64,000 nucleotides of DNA from Bacteroidota bacterium (GTDB taxonomy: Bacteria > Bacteroidota > Bacteroidia > UBA8524): assembly GCA_008933805.1 (NCBI GenBank), contig WBUH01000010.1:37820-101819 (forward strand). Direction: 5' to 3'. Shown piece after piece: positions 20,163 to 28,173 of the stretch. The translations under genes and the position numbers were made by a program. A model generated the notes under the pieces. The model was given only the letters and a program-made list of their open reading frames with translations, made no database searches and had not been told where the DNA came from. Each line of letters starts with the position of its first letter. Position 1 is the first letter of the stretch.

Positions 20163-23100
20163 TTAATCGATAATTACTTTTTGCATTACCGTTTGGCTAT
20201 TGTTTAATCTGATTTGTAACAAATACACTCCTTTGGCAAAGCCCTTCACATCAACTGTTTTATAAGAAGCATCAACAGTTTCTGTGTAAACTGTTTTGCC
20301 TGTTACATCGGCAAGTGTGATATGTGCAATGGTTGTTCCTTCTGTAGCAATGATATTTAGTACAGATGATGCCGGATTTGGATAAACACTTAGCAATGAA
20401 GCGTTATCAACTGTTTGGGTTGATAGCAATTCGCTAAGGTTATATACTTTTACCGTTTTGGTGATTACCGTATCGCAGGTAACTGCACCTACCTTTTTGG
20501 TGATGGTTAAGCGTACATTTTTCAATCCTTTAGTGCTCCACTCAAGATTGTGGGGACCTGTTCCCGTAGCACTTGATAAGCTTGCACCTGAACCGAAGTT
20601 CCAGCCGTACAGGTTATCAAAATTACCGGTAGCACTAAGAGTAACTTGGGTTTTAATGTTTGCCGAATCGGGAATTGAAACGGAGAAGCCATCCATGTAT
20701 CGGATTACGCCTACGTTATAAGTTACTTTACTGCTGGTGCAGAAACCGTCGTAGCTTTCTATGTAATAGGTTGTATCTTTAAACAGCTTACCTACAAACA
20801 AGGTACTATCAGCAACAAAAGGCACAGTATCGGCAGCATCTTTGTACCAACGTACGATGCTGTTTGAACCTGCTTCAATGGTTACGTTATCTCCCCAACA
20901 GAAAGGATTGACTGTTTTAATTACAGGTGCGGCAGGTGCATTACGAAGTGTTACTGCAACAGGGCGTTTTTCGCTGCGGCAATAACCATCGTACGATTGC
21001 ACATAAAATGTAGTGTTTACATTCAGGTTAGCAGTAGTGTAAGTATTTCCTATAGATGAAGGAGTAGTTGCAAACAGAGAGTTAAACCACTCAGCCGTTG
21101 CAGGTGTTACTGCTTTTAGTATGGCTGCGTTTCCTCTACAAACAGGTTGAACAGAATCAACCAATGGGGGTTGAGGCAATGCACGAACGTTTACGTTCAC
21201 TGTTTCAAAGTCGCTTTCGCAACCTGCATATACTGCCTTGGCAAAGTATTTTTTATTACCTGTAACTGCGGGTAATACAAAGTCGTTACCTGAATATACA
21301 GGGGCTGATGTTTTATTCTCGTACCAGTTAATTACAGCACCGGCAGCAGCAGCCACAAGTGTATCCGACAAACCGTAGCAAACAGAATCAACGGGAGTAA
21401 TTACAGGCTTGATTGCAAAAGGTATTACCGCTATTTGAACTGAATCACGAACGGTTGTACACAATCCGTCAAACAGCTCATAGTAATAGGTTTTATCAGC
21501 AGCAAGTGTAGCTGTGTTTAATGTATCACCGGTAGCTATGGTTGTAGTTGCATTGTATTGGTCGAACCACTTAATAGTACCGTTTCCGTTTTTGCTCAAC
21601 ACAATTTGCGAGTTGGTATTAAAGCAAATCGGGCTTGCAGCACTTACAAAGTTTACCGAAGCCGGGGTTTGAACTTTTATAGTAGTTTTAACCCTTGCGC
21701 TGGTGCAGCCTGCTTGTGAATTATCAACAAACAAAGTAGTATCGGCAACCAGAGTATTAAAGATTAATGCGCCTGTGTTTAGGGGAGTTGTAGAAACTGC
21801 ATCAGCGTACCAAGTAGCTGTACCGCTAACAACAGGAGCAAGATTAATGCTGCCGTTATAGCACACCACAAACTGACTGTCAATAAACGGAGCGGCTGGA
21901 ATTGGGTTTACAGTAACGCTAACGGTATTACGGTTGCCTAAACAACGGCCGTTAAATACTTCGTACCAATAGGTGGTATCGTTGTATAAGTTACCTGCAT
22001 CAAAAATGGTATCCTCAACCATTGGCAGGGTTTCAGTTTCACTGTTATACCAACGGATAATATCGGGGCCGTTAGTAGTCCACGTAACATTGCTGCCTTC
22101 GCAAACTGTTTGGCTGCTTATCGCAGGTACACCTACAATGGTGTCGCTTACCAACACTTCAAAAGGCACTTTGGCAGAAACACAACCGTTGCTAACTGTA
22201 CTGATATAATAGATGGTATCACTTGTTAAAACAGGTGTAGTATAAGAACGGCCTATATGAAACGGTGTCACCGCGTTCAGGCTATCGTACCAGCTAATTA
22301 CAGCACCTGAGGTTGAATCAGCAATCAATGTCCAAGATGTACCGTTACATACTGAATCAACAGGAAGGTTTGCAATCCAAGGTGTAGCAACGGGTATTAC
22401 ATTTACCGGCACCTCAACACGGTAACTGCGTACAAGACTGTCTGAAACCTGCGCGTAAAATGCACTGTTGACTGTGATAGTATCAGTAACTAATGTATCA
22501 CCTATGTGTATCGTATCACCGCCGTAGGGTTTATTAAACCAGTATATTTTACCACCTGCATTGGGGTTTTGGGCAATAAGTGTGCGGGTATTGCCTGCAC
22601 ACAAAGTATCGTTACCACCTACAAAAACCGGTGTGGCAAACATGGGTGCTCCAAACTCGTCGGCACCAATATCGGGTTGGTTGTTGTGGCGGGTTTCGCC
22701 TTCGTAATCTTTTCCAAACGTAGTGGCTCTGCCCGCAGCATTTAATTTCCAGTTAATGGTATCAAGGGTTAGCAACAAGTTGGCCACCAACGTATCCCTA
22801 AATACAGGTATGGTATTAAAGATTGTATTTTTCTCAAGTCCGGTTAGTGCATTCCAACTTTGGGGGGTATAAGCAGTTGCATTGCTCACATTGTAGAATG
22901 CATTGCTTTCAATCGGAGTGTACACCACGTTGAAATCGCTGGAGAAAACAGAACTTGGAGCGGCATGAATACCAACGGCCCTGAAAGTAGCACCGCCGGT
23001 CATGTTATTTTTATTGATAACGATGTTGTTATACATCTCAACCCTTGCAGAAGTGCTACCGTGTACCAATCCGTATGAGTTGGTGCTGCGTGTTTGTCCG

Positions 23101-26100
23101 CCCAATACAATTGTATTGTTATGTACTTTACCGGCAACGGCTGCAGTTGAATAGTAGCGAATACCTTGCAACGACACGGGCATGTTTGCAAATGCCTCGT
23201 TGGCAAACAAAATTTGGTTTTTGTAAACATTCCAAGTACCCGCGTTAACGTGAATACCCATTAAGGTTCCTGCACTTGCCGAGGTAGTTTGGTGGCTTAC
23301 TTTGTATAGTTTGTTGTTGCGTATATCACCGTTACCGCCGTTAGTACCTATACAGGTAATAAATCCGGTAGCGGTTGAGCTGTTATTCAACAACGAGTAC
23401 ATCTCGTTGTTTTCAATAATGTTATTACTAAAGTTGTTAGCCAAATAAACACCCATAAATGCAGCATCTTGCGCACCGGTAATACGGCTACTAAAGCCTT
23501 GTATATCGTGCAACACGTTACGGGCTATATACGCAGGGGCGGCTGCCTGATAATCAATTACCCTAAAGGCTTTTGCAGTGCTGACAACCCCCGAATGACG
23601 GATGTATGAAAACTCGTTATCAGTAATTTCTGCACTCGCAGTAACACTTGAAGGAAGGTAAAGAATTGACAACGCATTGCCGTTGTTTAGAACAAGTGCA
23701 TCGTTGTAGTTAGATAAGTTACCACCTATTTTATTACCTGAGAAGATGAACTTACCAGCGTTAAGGCTTATCACCCTAACAATGAATGAAGATGTTTGTG
23801 ATTGTGTATATAACCTGATTACGTTACCCTTAATAATTGTGGGGGTATTGTTGCCAACGGTTATGTTCATCAGCGAAAGTGCAGCAGTACCTCCGTATGA
23901 CCACATAGCACCGCTTGCAAATTTTTGTGTACCGCCAATGTAATTGTATGAAATTTCATACCCGTGCGCAGTAGCGTTAGCTACCACATCAATTGCACGT
24001 ACCGCACTGGTTAGAGCGCGTGTATCGTTTTGAAAGAAGTGGTTGCCCGATATTTTCCAGTTTGGCCCTGAATACGTTGAAGCTGCAATATGCGCAACGG
24101 TGAAGTTTGAAAATTCGTTGTTTAGTATCTGAATATTGTCGTTAGTAGCAGTAGCGGAAAGACCCACTGAAACTATACCGTACGAGGAAACTCTGTCGGC
24201 TCCGATGACAAACGAGTTGTTTTTTATAATAGTACCATCATTACCCTCACCACCGGTAAAGGTGTTGCTAATAAAGATACCGCCTTGGGTACCTGAGGCA
24301 TTGGCTACTATAGTAAGGTTGTTAAAAATGTTGTTGTGCGCATCTTGCTGCAACATAAACACCGAAGCATTGGCGGCATTGGTTTCTGTTCTGAAAGTCC
24401 ACTCGCGGGTATTGGTCGGGTTGCCTAAAATATCATATCCGGCGCCGTCAAACTCAATACTATCTGCACCATACATGGCAATCATACCGTACGAAGCATT
24501 TGTAGTTTTTGTTTTGCTACCGGTAACAATCCCAAAAGCGTTAGAGTCCAAGCGGATTAATACTTTACCGCCATTGCCTGCATAACGCATTTGGCTGAAA
24601 AAGACAGGATATTCTTCGTTTACGTCGTCGTAAGTTGAGGTAATAAGAAACTTAGGGTTACCGGCTATGTAGCTTGAAGCCAGTTTTTTTGAAACAGCAG
24701 TAAGGTTTTCAAAATCATATCCCCTACCTACCCTATATATATTGTTGTAAATAGTATCGCCTGAATAATCTGCCGGAGCAATAAACAACACGGTATTAGC
24801 CGAAGTATCAAAGCCCATTTTTGAGGCCGCAAGCACCACGCTAACAGGACTAACTCTTGTTCCTGCCGAATCAAAAGCAGGCGCGGCGGCTAGTGAGTTG
24901 GTTTTACCACTTGCCACACGAACAAAGCCGTCAGTAATTTTGTAGTTTACATTAACGCCAAACGAGCTGATGCCTTTAGCGTTGCTGTCAGCAACCACTA
25001 CCCAATGTCCAAAAGCAGTATCAACAGTAGTTATCCCTTTTCCTATGCTAAAAGCCAAAGGCTCTTTGCGGAAACTGGCTGTTATCTCTGAAAAACTGCT
25101 ATCGGTAACCAGTGTATTTAATGAAAGCGGGCTATACGCTTGGTTTCCAACAGGGAATGTATAAGCACCGGCAGTTAGTTTTTTATCCAAACGCCTTGCT
25201 ACAGCACCGCGTATATACGTTGTAGCACTACCACCCACAATTGCAGCGGCGGCAGGATTGGCTATGCGTATTTTATTAGGAGCATCAACTACAAACACAC
25301 CTTTGGTAAGTGTTAGTACTTGCGCAACGTTTATTGAGCCGTTGGTGATTGCAACGGCCGAATCAGAGTTGATAGTAAGGTTAGTAATGTTCCTGTCGGC
25401 AGGAATTTCGAAACCTGTTTTATACGCTTTACCAAGGTTGATATAGCTAATGTTATAGGCAGCATTACCCCTCCACAATTCAGGAAAAGTATCTAATGTT
25501 CCGCCATAAAAATAGCTACCGCTAACCCTGCTTATTTCAATATTTATTGCGTTAAGACTATCGCCCAAACGCAGGTTTTTGGCATTGATAACGTTACCCG
25601 TTGTAAGATTCAGCAGAATTGTGCGAATCATATTAGGAGCAGGAATAACAAGGGTTGATGCAGTATCTGTCTGCAAAACATCAAGCCTTGCCAAATTAGA
25701 GTATCCTGTACCGGTAAGTGTTTGGTTTTTACCATTAAACACCATCGCGCCTGATACGTTACCCGAATAGATGTAACCGTTGTTAATAACCGAATCGGCT
25801 AAGTATAAGTAAGCATTAAGGTTAAAAGTATCATTTGCCGTATGGATAAAATCACCCATAACGTTGGCAAACGCAGTTAACCTTACTTTTACTGTTTTGG
25901 TTGAAGTAGCAGAGCTGTCGGTTAATAGATTAGGGAATACACCGCGTACTAAAAACTCAGGATTTGCAGCAGTTGCTGTAGTGGTGGAATCGGTTAGTTT
26001 TACCCATGTACCTGTGTATTCAGAAGCACCTGTACCTTGTACGTAATAGTCTAAACGGCTCGTTACAATACCGGGGTTTACCAAAACAATTTCACCGCCC

Positions 26101-28136
26101 AGCATTTTAATAACAGCCGTTGTTAAACCCATTGTAGGCTCGTTAGTATTGTTACCAACTACGGCTAAGCGCAGCTTACCCCCCGTTTGAATAAACGATG
26201 TAGCACTGGGGCTGTACAACCTTCCGGCAAGGTTCATTGAACCGCCTTCAATAATCAAATCAAAAGAACCGCTGAAATAGTTGTTGTTAGTAGTCCCGAA
26301 GGATAAAGAGCCCTTTTGCACTTTAAAAGTGCCGTTAAAAGCAATGTTGCTGTTTTGCCCAACAACCGTAAGACTGTCGTTTGCAAAAACAACCCCTGCA
26401 TTATCACCAATTACAGGGTTAAATGCTGTAAACAAACGGTTTTCAAGTTTATAGTTACCGCCTATTACAAGCGTACCTACCCAATTGTTAGTTTCCACAA
26501 AACCTCCGTTTGATAGCAAGTCAGTATTGTATCCGCGAACAGTGGCTGTAGCAGGTGAAAAATATACCGAGTCAGCAATGTTTGTTCTTTCAACCGAAAG
26601 TGAACTGATGTTTGTTGTTGCAGTGGCGTTGGTAATAAATGAAGAAACTTTGCGACCAAAAAAAGTAAGGATCACCCCCTCTTCTTTGGTACCGTTCTTC
26701 TTATAAAGGTCTATAACACCATTATTATAAATATCACCGCGAACGGCCAATACCATTGATGTATTAGTATTGGTAGGTACCGAATGAACGGAAATTTTAC
26801 CGTCTTCGCTCACCCAAATATTGCCGTGTACGTTTAGTTTGCGGGTGGCACTTGTGTTTTCATATACCAGCGCACCGCTATCAATTACTAAATGATACGC
26901 ATTGGCTGCTGCATCGTCAAGTATTACCTCGTAGCCTTTGCTTACTACAACGCTATCGTAGCGGCTGGGAACCGAATTGGTTGACCAAGTTGCAGGGTTT
27001 GACCATGCACCGCCGGCTACGGCCTCTATTAATTGCGCAGGAGGTATTGATACCGTGCAGATGTTGCTATATGCCGAATATTGACCTTGATTATAAGTCC
27101 TTACCCTGAAAACGTGTTCTTCGCCGGGATAGAAACCTTCGGCCAAATAAAAGTTGATGTTCTGGGTAGTACTGTCAAAGTAGTTAAAGTTACCGTACTT
27201 GTCTTTCTTCTCAATTTCAAACCTCACCTCGTTGTTACTGTTATCGTCCCAATACAAAACAGCTTGGTCGTAAGTAACATTTATTGATGTCATGTTTGAT
27301 GGACCGTAAATCACATCAGGCGTAAAAACAAACCTGCGAGCATTGCTGTCGTTATCATACGTAAGCGGAGCAATAACACCTGAATCGGCTTTGTTGTACA
27401 AGTTATCTAACGAAGTTGTATAGGCAGTAAGGGTACGGGCAGTATCAAAACTGTCCAAATCAGTTACTACTAAAAAGTTGTAATCTGCTAATGCGCTGTT
27501 GCGGGCAATACCAATAGTAGCAGTAACCGGAGTTGCGGTATTGGTAGATGGGATAACCATCTTACCATATACATACTCAATCACACCGCCGTTTTCGTAA
27601 ATGCGTACTTGGTAATTGCTTTCGCTACCTGCAACGGGTGTTGCTGCTGAGGGTATGTATGTAACCCACTCCACTACTAAAGCACGGTTGGGCGCTGTAC
27701 CCGTAACCGTATATTTAAGTGAAGCAGCGGTTTGAATGTCCCAAAAAGGGGCTATCACGCCTTGAAAACGATAGTTATTGTTGCCCAACTTAAAGGAGTT
27801 TCCGTTGGTTGCAGGAAACAACAACTGTTCAGCGGTATTATCATTATTACCTAATACCAAATACCCTGATGTACCTATTAAGAAGTGCTTATACACCTTG
27901 CCCAAAAGCACCACATTAAAAGGCAGGTTATATACCTGTGTGTTTTGGTTAGCAGTATTGGCAGTAATCAAAGAGGTTACTGTAGAGAAGTCAATGGCAT
28001 TACCATTGGCATCTTTTCGCAAATCCCCTTTTTTGTCGGTTGCAAAATCATACGCTCTTGAATCCTGCGCAGTTGCAGCCACCGTCACAAAAACGGTCAT
28101 TGCCAGCAGGCAGAGCAATTTGTTTATCGTTTTCAT
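20163..28136 (-). CDS. Giant (2657 aa) beta-helix/Ig-repeat surface protein with T9SS type A C-terminal sorting domain
   Basis: Signal peptide MKTINKLLCLLAMTVFVTVAATAQ. FN3-like unit (VLYWDDNSNNEVRFEIEKKD...HVFRVRTYN). GGAWSNPATWS-led beta-helix-like region. PbH1-like I.NN repeats. Eight Ig-like repeats and a PKD-like domain. C-terminus SVYPNPASSVLNIIA...GVYLLQIRLNNSQTVMQKVIID is a type A CTD. Confidence 0.85.
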   Translation of the reverse strand: MKTINKLLCLLAMTVFVTVAATAQDSRAYDFATDKKGDLRKDANGNAIDFSTVTSLITANTANQNTQVYNLPFNVVLLGKVYKHFLIGTSGYLVLGNNDNTAEQLLFPATNGNSFKLGNNNYRFQGVIAPFWDIQTAASLKYTVTGTAPNRALVVEWVTYIPSAATPVAGSESNYQVRIYENGGVIEYVYGKMVIPSTNTATPVTATIGIARNSALADYNFLVVTDLDSFDTARTLTAYTTSLDNLYNKADSGVIAPLTYDNDSNARRFVFTPDVIYGPSNMTSINVTYDQAVLYWDDNSNNEVRFEIEKKDKYGNFNYFDSTTQNINFYLAEGFYPGEEHVFRVRTYNQGQYSAYSNICTVSIPPAQLIEAVAGGAWSNPATWSTNSVPSRYDSVVVSKGYEVILDDAAANAYHLVIDSGALVYENTSATRKLNVHGNIWVSEDGKISVHSVPTNTNTSMVLAVRGDIYNNGVIDLYKKNGTKEEGVILTFFGRKVSSFITNATATTNISSLSVERTNIADSVYFSPATATVRGYNTDLLSNGGFVETNNWVGTLVIGGNYKLENRLFTAFNPVIGDNAGVVFANDSLTVVGQNSNIAFNGTFKVQKGSLSFGTTNNNYFSGSFDLIIEGGSMNLAGRLYSPSATSFIQTGGKLRLAVVGNNTNEPTMGLTTAVIKMLGGEIVLVNPGIVTSRLDYYVQGTGASEYTGTWVKLTDSTTTATAANPEFLVRGVFPNLLTDSSATSTKTVKVRLTAFANVMGDFIHTANDTFNLNAYLYLADSVINNGYIYSGNVSGAMVFNGKNQTLTGTGYSNLARLDVLQTDTASTLVIPAPNMIRTILLNLTTGNVINAKNLRLGDSLNAINIEISRVSGSYFYGGTLDTFPELWRGNAAYNISYINLGKAYKTGFEIPADRNITNLTINSDSAVAITNGSINVAQVLTLTKGVFVVDAPNKIRIANPAAAAIVGGSATTYIRGAVARRLDKKLTAGAYTFPVGNQAYSPLSLNTLVTDSSFSEITASFRKEPLAFSIGKGITTVDTAFGHWVVVADSNAKGISSFGVNVNYKITDGFVRVASGKTNSLAAAPAFDSAGTRVSPVSVVLAASKMGFDTSANTVLFIAPADYSGDTIYNNIYRVGRGYDFENLTAVSKKLASSYIAGNPKFLITSTYDDVNEEYPVFFSQMRYAGNGGKVLIRLDSNAFGIVTGSKTKTTNASYGMIAMYGADSIEFDGAGYDILGNPTNTREWTFRTETNAANASVFMLQQDAHNNIFNNLTIVANASGTQGGIFISNTFTGGEGNDGTIIKNNSFVIGADRVSSYGIVSVGLSATATNDNIQILNNEFSNFTVAHIAASTYSGPNWKISGNHFFQNDTRALTSAVRAIDVVANATAHGYEISYNYIGGTQKFASGAMWSYGGTAALSLMNITVGNNTPTIIKGNVIRLYTQSQTSSFIVRVISLNAGKFIFSGNKIGGNLSNYNDALVLNNGNALSILYLPSSVTASAEITDNEFSYIRHSGVVSTAKAFRVIDYQAAAPAYIARNVLHDIQGFSSRITGAQDAAFMGVYLANNFSNNIIENNEMYSLLNNSSTATGFITCIGTNGGNGDIRNNKLYKVSHQTTSASAGTLMGIHVNAGTWNVYKNQILFANEAFANMPVSLQGIRYYSTAAVAGKVHNNTIVLGGQTRSTNSYGLVHGSTSARVEMYNNIVINKNNMTGGATFRAVGIHAAPSSVFSSDFNVVYTPIESNAFYNVSNATAYTPQSWNALTGLEKNTIFNTIPVFRDTLVANLLLTLDTINWKLNAAGRATTFGKDYEGETRHNNQPDIGADEFGAPMFATPVFVGGNDTLCAGNTRTLIAQNPNAGGKIYWFNKPYGGDTIHIGDTLVTDTITVNSAFYAQVSDSLVRSYRVEVPVNVIPVATPWIANLPVDSVCNGTSWTLIADSTSGAVISWYDSLNAVTPFHIGRSYTTPVLTSDTIYYISTVSNGCVSAKVPFEVLVSDTIVGVPAISSQTVCEGSNVTWTTNGPDIIRWYNSETETLPMVEDTIFDAGNLYNDTTYWYEVFNGRCLGNRNTVSVTVNPIPAAPFIDSQFVVCYNGSINLAPVVSGTATWYADAVSTTPLNTGALIFNTLVADTTLFVDNSQAGCTSARVKTTIKVQTPASVNFVSAASPICFNTNSQIVLSKNGNGTIKWFDQYNATTTIATGDTLNTATLAADKTYYYELFDGLCTTVRDSVQIAVIPFAIKPVITPVDSVCYGLSDTLVAAAAGAVINWYENKTSAPVYSGNDFVLPAVTGNKKYFAKAVYAGCESDFETVNVNVRALPQPPLVDSVQPVCRGNAAILKAVTPATAEWFNSLFATTPSSIGNTYTTANLNVNTTFYVQSYDGYCRSEKRPVAVTLRNAPAAPVIKTVNPFCWGDNVTIEAGSNSIVRWYKDAADTVPFVADSTLFVGKLFKDTTYYIESYDGFCTSSKVTYNVGVIRYMDGFSVSIPDSANIKTQVTLSATGNFDNLYGWNFGSGASLSSATGTGPHNLEWSTKGLKNVRLTITKKVGAVTCDTVITKTVKVYNLSELLSTQTVDNASLLSVYPNPASSVLNIIATEGTTIAHITLADVTGKTVYTETVDASYKTVDVKGFAKGVYLLQIRLNNSQTVMQKVIID
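20691..22637 (-). repeat. Eight tandem 78-87-aa Cys-bracketed Ig-like repeats (coding)
   Basis: Units start CAGNTRTLIA, CNGTSWTLIA, CEGSNVTWTT, CYNGSINLAP, CFNTNSQIVL, CYGLSDTLVA, CRGNAAILKA, CWGDNVTIEA. The upper boundary was checked against DNA: ATPVFV is encoded at 22621-22637 on the minus strand. Confidence 0.8.
22986..24338 (-). repeat. Parallel beta-helix (PbH1-like) repeat region inside the 2657-aa protein
   Basis: About 20-25-aa periodic motifs: NNIFNNLTIV, IIKNNSFVIG, IQILNNEFSNF, KISGNHFFQ, EISYNYIGG, IIKGNVIRL, IFSGNKIGG, EITDNEFSYI, YIARNVLHDI, NIIENNEMYS, DIRNNKLYKV, NVYKNQILF, KVHNNTIVLG, EMYNNIVINK. The start was checked against DNA: the His codon of HNNIFNN lies at 24336-24338. 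Confidence 0.6.
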
Positions 28137-28173
28137 TTATTCCGTTTATTCTTCCTTGTGTAATTCCTATTGC

